Origin: Neoechinorhynchus agilis
Lineage: Eukaryota; Animalia; Acanthocephala
Direction of reading: 5' to 3'
NCBI GenBank assembly: GCA_051530055.1
Contig: CM121341.1
Coordinates: 13,618,784 to 13,682,783, forward strand
DNA length: 64,000 bases
Made by a program: the position numbers and the translations under genes. The number at the start of each line of letters is the position of its first letter. The stretch's first letter is position 1. Below the pieces are notes generated by a model. It searched no databases, was not told where the DNA came from, and was given only the letters and a program-made list of their open reading frames with translations. Shown piece by piece: positions 1-14,447 of the stretch.

Positions 1-77
1 AATCGATTTAAATCAATAGCCTTGCAACCAATCAAACATTTATTCGGTAACTCAAACGGATCGCCCAGCAATACTGC

Positions 78-1436
<1,359 letters not shown>

Positions 1437-1501
1437 CGTCTAAAAACACTCAAAATTCTGCAAAAAGGACATTGGTCCACCCCATTATCTTTTCTTAAAT
1501 A

Positions 1502-1669
1502 TGTGGAAGTGGGGAAAAATTATATATCAAAGAATCACTTTAATTGAAACATTTCGTCCACTCGAATATTCCTTCGGAAACCGTAATTTACTTAACAAAT
1601 CCAGTGTGATTGGACGAAATATTTCAATTAAAGTGATTCTTTGATATATAATTTCCCCCCACTTCCACA
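1502..1669. mobile_element. MITE-like foldback element with TA target-site duplication (Tc1/mariner-type)
   Basis: About 60-bp inverted arms (TGTGGAAGTGGGG...TTTCGTCCA / TGGACGAAA...CCCCACTTCCACA), with TA on both sides (1500-1501 and 1670-1671). Confidence 0.75.
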
Positions 1670-1974
1670 TACTCATGGCTGTTATCTTTAACTCTTAAAA
1701 GCATTTGCGAATTTTAACACGTGCATTCTTTCATATTCAATACGCATCAATCACAATGAAACGTACTATTCACGCCCCAGTCGAATGCCGCAATGCCTGC
1801 ATCTCGTTTTGAGAGTTCGCTTTCTCGTTCGTTCCAGCTTGGAAGTTGAGAATATTAAGTCAAATGCGTTCACATCGATGCTTTCCCCACTTTTATTCAC
1901 AAATGAAGATGGCGGCGGAATTACGAAAGCGAACTTTATTTTATAGAGGATCTTCAATCAATTTGTTTTTTATT

Positions 1975-2440
1975 GAAATGCAAAGGAAAATAGTTTTTAC
2001 GTCGAATTTTTATCTGTTTCTCCAAGTCCGAAATCCAAGTTTAAATACAATTAATTTTACGCGTCTCAGACAAATTTTAAGTTTTTTACGGGTAAATGCT
2101 CGACTAAATACGACGGAAAATAGTTTTACATCAAATTTTTATTTAATCATTTTTACAAGCCTGAAACCCAAGTTTTAATATAATTAATTTTACGTTTTTC
2201 GAAAAATTGAGGTTTTTTATTACGGGTTAATGTTCAAGTAAATGTGAAAAGGAAAATTATTTTTAGATCTAAATTTTATTTAATTTTTCCATGCCCTAAA
2301 GTCAAATTAAAACAATTAATTTCACGTTTTTCAAAAAAATGGGTTTTTTATTGCAGGTAAATACGAAGGAAAATAGTTTTTACATCAAATTTTTATTCCA
2401 AATTCTAAACCCAAGTTAAAACACAATTAATTTGCGATAT
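1975..2440. repeat. Degenerate AT-rich tandem repeat, about 120-135 bp unit, about 4 copies
   Basis: GGAAAATAGTTTTTAC...AATTTTTAT...CAAGTT...ATTAATTT recurs near 1983, 2114, 2249 and 2366. Confidence 0.65.
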
Positions 2441-3886
2441 AAAAATAAACCAGGCATATTCCTGTACTTGATAGATTCTAGATTTTAATTTTCAGCTATC
2501 TTTTCCAAAGCAGAAATCCGAAATGCAAATGAAAATCTTTTGCGCATAAAACGAGTCAAAACCCTCTTTCCTGCACATTTGAAATCATTATAAGGACAAA
2601 ACCTTATTAGCTTAGCAGCTAATCTTGCTTCATTAAGTTTTTATATTAACGAATGTTGAAAGTTTATACTTGACTAAAAATGATTGGTTTTTGTAAAAGT
2701 TAATGACAGTGGTGACATTGTCACTAAAGCGAGTGTGCATCTTTGACATAAAAAGCGTTTCGGGACTTTCAAAATGAGAGAATTCCTTAACCTACCACCA
2801 TCCTACAGAGCAGTGATCTTAATCGCTTAGACGTGCTCGAAATGGGGATGTATGCTATAGACGCTTTAGATCGCAGAATGACAAAAATGATTCATTTGTC
2901 CTCCTGGTCTTCAGAAACTCAACTACGAAAATCGAGTTTTCCAAATAATTGTAGAGCTCTCAATTGAAAGGCAGAAAGAGCATTTAAAGATAGAAACCCC
3001 TTTAAATCGCTTAGTTCCTTATTTCGAGCACATTTCCTTGCGTCCATTGTTCTTAACTAAATTTTAAACTGCGCAACATTTGTACTTTTTGGAGTTGCAT
3101 TCGAAAGGGCTTTATGCGTTTAGCAACAAGATCTGCCAGCATCCTTAATATTTAAGTATTTTTCGTTTATATAAAATCCGAAAATCCATTCCAGTTCAAA
3201 TAAATTTTTTATAATTGAGTCATAGATGCTGATTCTCGAAACACAAAAAGTAGGATAAAACAATTTTTAGACGGAGCAGTTCATTAATGTTAATTTGACC
3301 AAAGAGGCTTAAACGAAACAAGTATCTAAGTCTAGATATGAAATACGACTCGCGTCTAATTTGATATTGACGCCTTCTTAGAAAAGATGCCTAGAGACGA
3401 CTTTATTTCGCCTTTCAACTAGCAACTAAGTGACGAATTTTAATTCGCCTTCTGCATTATGTTTGATGAATGATTCATTTTCGTCAACTATGAATTTTGC
3501 TTGAAGTGTTCCAAACTGTATTTTTCGCGTACCACCAGAATAACTTCTCGCCAATCAGCTATTGTGGTGGCAAATCTACAGAGTATGATGCTAGTCATAA
3601 TGAGGATACATCTGCTTCCATCAGTTTTCCTTTGATGTAATGAGTGGAATCGTTATGTCGGAGTACTTCGAACCTTCATATTTTTCTGGGAAAATATCTA
3701 AAAAATCGGCAGTGCTCGTTTACCGCTATTTTCTACCGTAAATATTCCACGGTTGATTAAAATAATCAAAATTATTGGTGATTTTTAATAAGTATAAAAA
3801 TCGGAATATCCACAACGAGAGATTATCGATTGGTTTCGAAGAACGTTTTCAGTTTTAACATCATTTTGACCGATTCTCTTCCAGAC

Positions 3887-5838
3887 ATGAGAAGTGCTCC
3901 ACTTGGTAAAAGGTTAAAAATATGGCTCGGATTTGCGTTCCTGATAACAAGTTCATCCTTTGGTTACGTCAACTTTCTATTTCCCCTCCTTGCGGTCCTT
4001 CCATTCAATTACCCGTTGTTCTGTCGTCTTGTAAACATGTCCATGGTCACATGGTTCCATCATGCCATCGTGAGTAACTTGTATATCTGCCCAGTAATCG
4101 TTCACTTCTCAAGAGTTAAGTTCATAATGCGCTACGTATGGGGAATCCGATTCAAGATCAATGCAAGTAGTCCTCTTTCCATGCTGTCTGATCGATCGAT
4201 TGTGATGTTAATGAACCATCGATCGGAATTCGATTGGTTCTACTTTTTCGCTTATCTCGGAAACGTCGGATTAATGAACATTAGAAATGTTCTTAAAGGC
4301 ACGGTTCGATTTGTTCCTTTTCTCGGTAATTTATAATTCGGCAATTTACTTTCTTTAAATTTTTTTAAACAGGATGGTGCATGCAGTTTGCAACCTATAT
4401 ATTTTTAAGGCGGAAATGGGACGCGGATGAACCTTTTTTAAGGAATAGGTTTCAACTATATGCACGATCAAAGAGGAACGTATGGGTAAGTATATTTTTG
4501 AATCAATTTTGAATCTTTTTTATGGAAAAACTTAGATACTGATTTATCCAGAAGGAACCAATTTTAGTGCTGTTCATAAGGCCAAAAATGATATCTATGC
4601 CGATAAGATGGGGCTCAAACACACTGATTTCACTCTTCATCCACGAACTACTGGATTGCATTATCTCCTTAGTCACATTGGCCAATGTCATAATGCCGAC
4701 TCACGGAAGTTGGTGGATATGACCATAGCCTATAGAGATGATTATCCAGTGGAGATAAGGGATTTGATAATCGGAGGAAACACACCAGCCGAAGTGCATT
4801 TGAGTCATCGGGTCTTTTATTCGTCACGGACAGGGAATGGTGCACCTCGGGTATAGTTTCGAATTTCCTTTTTTAAGCTTTTATCTATTTAATATATTTT
4901 CAGCTTTAAATACTAGCAGAAATCAGTCTCTTTTGAATTGGGAGTCTCGAAACCGCGAATTTCCCATCTTTTAGCTTTGTTGTTATTTAGGCCGCTTGTC
5001 GACACCCGAGGGAGATCCTTAAGGACGAATATATTTCTACTGAAAGAATCAGTCATTGTCAATTCAATTCTTGTAAGTTTTTAAATGTGTGAGTTTCTCC
5101 CTCGGGTGTCGACATGCGACCTAAATGACAACATATCCAGCCACCCGAATGCAATCCTCATTCTTTATCATTCAAAATATTAAGTGCAATTGTTTGGCAA
5201 ACTTAAATCAACTAAGACTTTAGATCTTTGTTAAAATTAAATAAGATCCGAAGACAGACGAGTGAGACTTGTTGAGATTGAAGATAATATTGACGAGGAG
5301 AATTGCAAGAAGATGTTGATGGACCTTTGGGAACAAAAGGAGAATGACCTTCGGCGGTTTTACAACGCAAATGATCCGTTATCAGAAGACCAAGTTGATT
5401 TTGGGAGCTTGCTATACACCTCAATATCGGTCATAGTCTACGTTTTGGTGATAATTCTCTCTCTGTTTGGACTACACTAGAAATGTGTACTTTTGCGAGA
5501 TCTACGAGGCACATTTCTACGAGTAAGATATTCTCTTATCTATGATATTTATGTTTTCGTAGTTCTAACTACGACAGTGATTGTACAGGTCAAGTTCAAA
5601 GGATGGGATGAGCTCCAGAACTTTGCAGCAGAAATTAGTTTATTCTGATATTGGATACCTTAACCGATCCGGGCATATTACGATAAACCTCTTGCTCCTT
5701 TATGCGCACGGTACGAGGGAAACTCAATATTGCAAAGGACATCCTTTTACCTTTATTGCCTTTATTAGTGCTTTTTGGGTCGGTGGAGTGTTCTTATCCG
5801 ATATAAATCCATTCATGATTGATTTGCCAGCTAAATGA
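3887..5838 (+). CDS. LCLAT1: Lysocardiolipin/lysophospholipid acyltransferase (AGPAT family, LCLAT1-like); exons about 3887-4069, 4121-4325, 4373-4485, 4536-4802, 5259-~5472, ~5740-5838
   Basis: Acyltransferase motifs MNHRSEFDW, LIYPEGT, LHPRTTG, DMTIAY and LWEQKENDLRRFY. The first three introns are clean GT-AG. The last junction is uncertain. Confidence 0.8.
4803..5258 (+). other. 456-nt stem-closed intron candidate in the LCLAT1-like gene
   Basis: Removal gives EVHL|RVRLVEIED. The ends GTCaTCGGGTCTT and AAGATCCGAaGAC pair (12/13 including G.U). A weak GTCATC...AG alternative adds 2 residues. Confidence 0.6.
4979..5132. mobile_element. Foldback/MITE-like element inside the LCLAT1 intron
   Basis: About 37-bp inverted arms including a perfect TGTCGACACCCGAGGGAGA / TCTCCCTCGGGTGTCGACA. 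No clear TSD. Confidence 0.6.
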
Positions 5839-6396
5839 TACAAGTGAGTTTGTGTTGTGGGTTTGGGGCAAGATTGCCGGAGAAAGCTGAAATGTTTTAC
5901 CAACCACTTTTTTCGTTACAATATAATAGAATTCATCTTATTTTGAACTTTGAAATTTAGTGATTTTCTCACGTAAGTCCCGAAATACGAGAAAATACGG
6001 AGAACAATATCTAATTCTAAACAACTTTTCAGACACATTCGTGTTTTCTATTCAAGAGAATTGGAAATTTAAAAATTTGCATTTTAGAAGAGAAATTTTT
6101 AGTAAATAGCCATGCAAACTACAAAGTAAAAAATTGTTTAAATGTTTGAGAAATAAAACAGTATGTTGATTAACAATTAAATTCGCTTCAAAATCGATTT
6201 GTTCTTTTTATTTAAAACGTGCATCACTGGACTTAATAAAAAACATTGGCTAAGGGTAAACATTCGATGCATTTAAAAGTGTTGTTTTAACTCGTTTGTA
6301 CTGTAAAGTGTTTACATTTGTAATTTACGGGTCATTTGAAGCAGAAAAAAGAATTTCTAACACTTCAGCACACTTGGCGAATTGCGCGAGAGTAGT

Positions 6397-9300
6397 TTAA
6401 AATTGCTTTACTTTAGGACAGCACATTTTATCGTTAATAAGTTTAGCGTCTCTGAGGAGTGCTGCGTATTTCTCTAAGCCCAAAGTTTCGGTACCAAGCA
6501 TTTCTGAGACCTACTCGCCAAACCAGAGGAAAGGTCGAAATTTCTTTCTAGGTTACCTTTTCCGCGTTTGTACTGGCCCGGTTGCAACTTGGCTCTGTAC
6601 CTGTGTCAAAGATTAGAATCAAAACAGAAATGAAGGGAAAGTCTTACTTATACGATAACAACGAGGAATAAGGTGCGTAGACGGGGATACAGAATAAAAG
6701 TTCGTCTGATTCTTTTGGAATTCCAGTTAAAGACGACAGTAATCTACTCAAATCCTCCTCTTCTCCATCGTTCTAAACTCGACGAAATGAGATCTCAAGG
6801 AGGGTTCAACGGAGTGGACGATAAGGCTGCTACAGAAACCACGCGTTTCGAGAAATTTATCGAAATACTTCATTTAAAAATTCGGGAATCGATCAAAAAG
6901 GTTCGTTACCTCATCGTTGTCATCGCCTGATGAGATTTCTTTGATGTCTTCATTTATCGTCTCAGTCGTCGTCAAATTAGGCTCCTCTTTTTGTTCATTC
7001 ACACTCTTAAGCGGTTCTTGATTTTTATGGAATGATTGCTCCGCCATCATCTCAATCAACACGTTAACCGCCGTCTGAATGTGACTGCTTTTACTCTTCC
7101 CGTCGTCTTCACTGAAACTTTCATTTCTTTTGCCCTTATAATATAATAAGGGATTTTGTATTAGTAAAATTGGATATGGATCACGATCATTAACCTTTTT
7201 TCCCTTCCGCCTCTTTTGCGAACCACCAATTACCACCGGAATTTTCTTTTCTTCCTTTTTACCCCCCCTACATACGTATGCAACTCGGATTCAGACGCTC
7301 AGAATATATACATCTATAATCACCTCTTCTTGGCACCTTTCCTTTGTTCCTTCTGAGGCTTAATCTTCTGCACACCGCCGAATATTATATACGTTTCTTT
7401 TTCTTCTACTTGTCCCTCTGATCTAGATATATGAATAAAAATGATAAAGGTTTGTGCGGATAATGGAGACGATTGTCTTTCATGAACATAATTCTAAGCT
7501 GGTTTTTCCATAGCCTGTGCGAAAGTTTCAAAAGACATAAAGACGCCTTTATGTTCTACAGTTCTTATACTCCTCTCATGAGAATATCTTATATCGAGTT
7601 CTAGCAAAAGAAAGGCTATTTATCTAAGTACGGCGACTTTATCGTCGAACAGCTAGTCTTTCGATATAGTTTTTAAGCCAGCAAGAGTTGGCGTTAATGA
7701 TACGCTTCAAAGTAGGCGCTAAAATCCACCTAAAACGCAACCAGGTTGGTATTGGGCGACAACAAGTGCTCAGTGGTTAATTTAATGTTAACGTACATCG
7801 AACGGGTAGCCTAGAAAACAATTGTGATGATTCAAAGGCTTATTTTCGAGCGCAAATGATGTGCAGATAATGTCGTCTTTCACAGGAAATGGATCAATGA
7901 TACTATCTTAGTAAGGGTGTATTCTTAGATCATTTGAAGCAATAATTCAAAATTCATATTCCCTTATTTAAACATAATTTTTCGTCCAGATTAATGCATT
8001 TTCTGTTTTGAACTGTAATGTTGAGCCGTCTGAATTTTCATGTTTAAAGTTTAGTTTTATCATTCATTTAAAATACGTTTAAATAACAATTATATTTATA
8101 TGGTTTATAGACATGCTGATAAATTACATTTACAATAAAGCTTATAATAAAATTTTAATGCTGTTCAACTTTGAATTAGCCAAAAATGCTAGGAACCATA
8201 AAAAACCGTTGAAATGTCATGTTGCATAAAAAGCTGTACTTACATGGTAAAAATCCCTTTTGTCTGTGCAGGACGTTCCGGCGACTGATCGTCATTATCT
8301 CCAAATTTCGCTTTTCGTTCATCCACATGATTTGCAAGACTATCCTCGTCGATCTTAAACAACAATCCACAACCATAAACAAGTGAATCCGGTCGCATGA
8401 TGTTTCGCTTTCCTCGTATCATGAAACTACCAGTTCCCAGGTACTCACCGGCTTGAGCAGTTTTAGAAACCTATCATGATTGAAATTGAAGAACAAAATA
8501 ACGTTTCTCACTTGATGGGCGTGCACCCAATAAGCACTGGTCAGTACTTTTGCTTCCCATGATGGACTATAACAAACCGCCATTTGTATTGCCTCAGATA
8601 TTGTTCTCGGTGGAACTGGACCTCCTGAAGGTTGCGATTTGTGAAATGATGATTGTTATTTTAATTTGAATTTACCTGTGGGATTCTTAATTATGACACT
8701 TGAGCTACCATGGTTTTCTGAATGTACGTAAATATCGTCTAACGAAATAGGAAAAGATTTCAAAAATGAGAAATATTAAATTTTCGGGATTTTGCCTTTC
8801 TCATACATTTTTGAAAAAACCTGTAATGACCATACAAAATCTCACAGAATTTTGAACGCAAGACATCTAATTTTCGACAAAATGTCACTTAAGACAAAAA
8901 CGCGCATCTTTAAACCTTTTTTCTATCAATCGTTGAACACGGGCTGGAGATGCTTCCATCCTGAAGGAAATTTGACTTACTTGGATCCATGTACTTTTTG
9001 ACAATAACTTCGTTTTCCTGCTGGTCACGACCCGCAATCACCAAATAATTATCAGAACTAATGAACCAAATGAACTTTTGAAACCTAATTTTTGAATTCA
9101 AGCGTTTTTATGGATAAAACGATTACTTATACCAATATGATTTTCTGTTCTTTTCCACATGAATAGGTTTGCCAGCTTGTCTAATAAGCGCATTCTTTTT
9201 CCTGTTAGCAGCTTTAAGTGCCTTTGAAGAAGCAGCGCGAGTTCGTTCTTCCTTTTGCTTCAATGCTTTTTTCGTATCATAGTACCTTCACAATGTTCAG

Positions 9301-10015
9301 AATTACTGATTGAACAATCCCTTTCAGTTGCGGAAACTCACGACTCAACGTTTGCGTATGCCCCCTTAGATACATCCACGCCAACGTTACCACTTCCTTC
9401 CACATCATCTCTAAATTCACCAGTAAAATTTTTAAAGAAAATTCAAAACGTTTATACTGTAATTTCAACACGATGGAACCCTTCTCAAGTTGAAGTTTTT
9501 CTATGCATTGCGCAACGGGATTCTTGTTTCGCTTTCCCTCCGCGACCATCTCTTCAATTTCATTCCAACTGAGTCCATTTGCCAAAGCGTTTCTTACGAC
9601 AAAAATTGCAGATTCTACGTTTTCAATATTTAACCGAATGAGTTCTGCTTTTCTAGCACAATCTTCCTGCTCTTGTTGTAATTGCCGGCACCGGTTTTCG
9701 ATATCAGCTTCGACATTAGATATCTTCTTCAAGGCTGCCTTTTCCTTTTATATGAATAGATAAAGGATAATTTCTAGGCTACTGTAATCTCACGTTCTGA
9801 ATTGTTTCGGCATCAATCTTCTGCTGGCATATTCGGGAGAAAAATTCGTCAATGGCCTCAAAGAAGTAATATAATTCGTCATTGTGTGAAAAGAACACAG
9901 CGATCAAACAATTTTGAAGTTACATTTTAAGAGGTTTAACTTACTAACATAAAAAAATCCCATGTTGAGATTTTGCGAATGAACAGATTTCGCAATTCAT
10001 ATTGTATAGGAGCTG
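6397..10015 (-). CDS. NEMF: Ribosome quality-control factor NEMF/Rqc2/Caliban, multi-exon; 5' exons not located (upstream of about 10015)
   Basis: Exon peptides [113 protein letters not shown] and [14 protein letters not shown]. All introns I could resolve are GT-AG. Confidence 0.9.
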
Positions 10016-11478
10016 CCTAATTAAAACCAAATTTTTTATTGCACATGTGCGACTTTAAATGAACGACGCTGAAATTCAAACGCCAATCATGATTGAAAAG
10101 TTAAATATTCTAAATTTAAATTTAAACATTATCCAAATTATAAAATTAACAGTACGCATCAAGCCCGACGTCCGTAAAATGTTCACTTTTGGCTTATGGT
10201 GGTAAGCAGTTCACGTTTTTATATGCACGCCTTAAGATATGCATCGTAGCTTTTAGAAAGTGTCCCAAAAAGATGATCTTCGGTATAGTTCGAAAATAAT
10301 CAATCTAATTTCTCTGAAAAAAATGTTGAAAAGCCCGTGTTTTAATCACAACATATTTAATCTTAAGGACTACATTGAAAACATAGAACATGAATCGATC
10401 AGCGTATCTCTTTTAAGATCTGATATACGTCTTAACCATTATCACAATGATTTGCGTATACAAGAGTGATTCTCTTAGCTCTTTCAAAAACCATTCGTGA
10501 CCACTTACCATTAGTAGATGCAGACAAAAATATCGATGAATATGTAAGCTGAAGTGAAACGTCGTTCAGAAAAGTCCCTTAGGATAAGTCACTCAGCAGT
10601 GGATTACATTTAAGGACTATTTCTGAGACTATCGAAATTAGTTAAAGTGGAAATGGTGCACTTTTTGAAGTCAAAAACTACAGCCTGATTTGTCCATTAA
10701 GGTAAGGAAAATTGCTGCCTTTAAAGGGGTTTCATACAATACTGGGAAAAAGAGTAGTATGCCCATCAGAGCATCTCAAGTTCTCGGTCGATAATAATTG
10801 TCCCATAAATACCCTTTCAAAGGGAGCGGCTCCGTCTCTCCGAGTTGTCGGGGTAGTTCGAAATATTAGCCCTTAAAAAACTTGATGTAAATAGTCATTT
10901 TTTAACTTTTTGAAAAAACAGAATGCGGTATAGGTTAAAATATTTTTAATTTCTATAAAAAGTGTAAAACTTTAATCCGCACAGAATTTTCAGTTGCCGA
11001 AAATCATATTGGCAAATCAATTTCTTAATTGTTCTTCTGCATTACCTGTGTAGAGAAAATCTTATCTCGATACTCCATTTACACTTCTTTACGAACAACG
11101 TCGGCTCATTGAAGCATCGAAAATTGAAATTTAATTCCTATGTGTGCGCTATCATTAAGGACATAGGGAAAATGAAATGCATCCAAGCAACCAGAACACT
11201 CATAATTGTTCACTAAACTTTAATCTGCACTTCGAGTTAATGCCTCGCGGAGAACTTCCATCACTCATGACCGATTTGCATAAGCGTTAATAAGAAGAGA
11301 ATTTTATCGGCTTTCCTAGATGACTCTTTAGTAAAGGAAATTTTATATGTCGGAACAATGGAACTAAAGGTTTACTAAAAGTTTGGTCGTTTACCTAAAG
11401 GTAGTTCATTTTTTAGGGAAAAAAGTTCATCGGCCGTAAAATGAAAATCGGCTTCTAATTTAAATCAGTAATTATTAT

Positions 11479-11672
11479 AATTATTGTTTAGGTCTACACC
11501 CGGTAAATGATTATTTATTGAAGACGTTTCGAGCCTCATCGGGCCCATCATCAGTTTGTTTGTTAGTCCAACGAAAGTGCCTATTACTAACAAACTGATG
11601 ATGAACCCGACGAAGTTCGCAGAACGTCTTTAATAAATAATCATTTACCGGGTGTAGACCTAAACAATAATT
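11479..11672. repeat. 194-bp palindromic element carrying inverted hammerhead-ribozyme-like cores
   Basis: Long inverted arms (AATTATTGTTTAGGTCTACACCCGGTAAATGATT.../...AATCATTTACCGGGTGTAGACCTAAACAATAATT). The minus strand reads CTGATGA-T-GGGCC-loop-GGCTC-GAAA-CGTC. A related copy lies at 44272-44444. Confidence 0.65.
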
Positions 11673-14447
11673 CCAATCACATTCTCCGGTACCTCACATA
11701 TCGACAGTAATTATTAGATAATTTATGTTTCACTTTGAACAACTGTATAGATTTTTCGACGAGTGAACAGCATAAATGCTTTGGGTAAACTCAATTTATG
11801 ATTGCTTTAAACATCTTAAGGAAATATAAAAAATATTCTGGCTTTTTAAACTTAAATTCGAAACTTAAACTTTTTAACCTTAGAAACAGTGAGACCACTT
11901 CCCGCTTTTAAAGCTCTAAATAGTAAATTTGCATGTAGAAATTTTGCTTTCAAGATAATTAAAACTCATACACTACCTATTTCAAAACTAAGTACACTTC
12001 TGAATTCGAGACGTAATGCGCAATTCATATATTCCCATTGATCAACGGCCCTGAGGTTAAAATTTCCGCATTTACCATAACGGAATTTATCAACTCCTTC
12101 TTAAAAAAGGGTGCTAACTAGCAGCTTAAATATTTTTGAGACGTAACAACGGATATAAAATTCATATTTTTAAAAAGATTTCAATTTTCAACATTGAATA
12201 AGTAGATTTCCAAAAATAGTTGCGGCTATTTTTTTAAATACGTAATTATAGAACATTTAATCGGTATAGCGTTCCCCTAAGACACGTTGCGTGATTATGC
12301 TTAACCAAATGCGAGACGAAAATATCGCTCAAACAGACACGATTTCTACATGCACTAGTATCTCTGAAATGTGAATTTTTTGTCTTTTCAAAAATGCCGA
12401 CTAAATTTTCAATCAAATTTTCGCCAAGCAATGTCATTCTTTAATGAAATTGCCTTTCATAAAACTTCGAATAGCTCATCGCCGACTGGTAATTACCTTA
12501 GAGAATGAATTGAATTCCTTAAGTGGTTTATGTCTGAGATTTTCGAAATCGAAAGCGAAAAAATCGCTGTACCTAGACGAGAGGGGAATTAATATGTCAC
12601 ATATCTATTTCCAAGAGAGCCATTGCTTCGACAATACTGTGCACATTGGTGCCATCGAGGATAATGAGATATGTTCCACGAGTGGCTTTCCATATGTGCT
12701 CAGAACATATATTTATCGAGTGTTGCTCAGGGCGAAATTTTAATCTTATAAAAGAGACAACGGATTTTTTTCAGCATAGGGATGCAGACGGAGCGAGTGG
12801 AAGGTAAGTTTGTGATTCGGGCTTTCCAACAAATTCCCCGGAGATGTTTCTTGTTGCTGGCCATGATTGATGATAAATGGGGTTTGTTTAATCGGTAGGT
12901 GCTCCATCACAGTGTCTCACGAAAACGGTGATGGGTGGTATGAATGCCAATTGGGAATTGTATGAAAGCACAAATCTGCACATCAGTTGCGCTGCGCACA
13001 CATCTACCGAAAAAAGACCTCATTGCGATCAAGTGGATGGAATAAACGAGCGCAAGAGAAGTGCCAACTGAGTGGGTTCGTGAATACAACAAAAGAGGAG
13101 AAAACGGGGGCTGTTATTCAAAGTGGAGGAAAACGGGCTGCGTTTTGTCATCCACAACACTAAATGCAGTTCATATTTTCGAAAGGGCCACGTATATTAG
13201 CCAAAACTTTACTTTCGTCACCCTCGAGGAAATCACGGCGAACTAAAAGGCGATCGCCACACCACCGATCAAATCCACGACGAACTAATACCCAGCGATT
13301 AAAAAGTGTCGTTTCACATAGATCCGGTGCTGCCGGTTCACGAAGGCAAGTGAGTCTCACCAGTGCGCACCTCACACCACTACGTATTTAAATATTTTTG
13401 AAAACTCCTACTTAACCCAATGCCGTTGTACTCGGGGGGTGTGCCAGACAGTTTCACTCCCTTTACGTTCCGCCACTCGCCTATAGCACTTTACTACTGG
13501 TAATGATAGCTATAAACACCATCAACGAAGGAACGAGATGCTCCCTGTTGTCGATTTTGATGAATACGGTGATATTAGGACCACCAAATCCACGGAAGGT
13601 AAAAAATGTAATATTTGATGCTCCATTATTATTCTCGTTTATATTTTATTCAAAAAGATCCAATGCGCCAGCATTTACAGCGCGACTCACTAAGTCCTGC
13701 AATGGTATCGTCCAAAACGTCTACTAATCGCCCATCTCTCACAAACAGCCTTATTGCCAGCTCAAAAGGTTCAACAACCACCCGTTCGTCTGCTTCAATT
13801 ACAGCCATGCAGTCGAAATGGCGTCGTTTCCTTCATTTAAAGCATAAATGTGGAGTTTGCCAGATTAACTTTTATCAGTCAAAATGTCTAACCTTGCAAC
13901 CGACCGTTGCCGTCACGTACTTCTGATTCTCTGGGTAAACAATTTTTTACTTGCATAAATGTCATAAGGATCTCACGCGGCAAGCAAAAGGTTTACAGGG
14001 AAGGTCTATTACAAAACGAAGTTGTATTTCAGCTCAATTTGCAAATAATTCCAAGAAGAAACGGACTTGTGGTTCCATTTTGTCACAATGTGACAAATTA
14101 TAGCTCGATTTTTGAAATTTATGCATAAGTGAACAAAGATAAAGAGCGTTAGCTTACGCCTCAGGGGTCTCGAAAACTCAATTTACGCCCACAACTGATT
14201 AATGAATTGAATTTATGGTAAAGGTTGAGCTTTTTAAACATCTTCATAAGGTTCCCGGGAATGAAAATGCTATTCAAATGATCAAAGGGATCGAATAAAC
14301 AAATTAAATTTCCAACCCAAAAATTTGATTTAAAAAGCTGTTGATTTCAATTGTAAAATTCCATTTTTTAATATAGTGTAAACCTCAAAATAATTTTCTC
14401 CAGATATCAGTACATCTTTAACAAATTCCACATTTCTGGATAAGCAG

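Noticed and set aside
1766-3700. Possible additional minus-strand gene (coding-like fragments at 1766-1957 and about 3480-3690)
   Set aside because: No recognisable homology and no consistent exon chain could be built.
5469-5742. An eighth structured intron in the last LCLAT1 junction (CTTTTGCGA/TTGCAAAGG stem, GGAC repeat)
   Set aside because: The stem does not fit the shared register without keeping a stop, GT-AG alternatives exist, and homology is too weak to fix the junction.
9850-9950. Apparent missing acceptor in NEMF
   Set aside because: Resolved as a normal GTAAGT...TTTGAG intron giving STWDFFML|AIDEFF.
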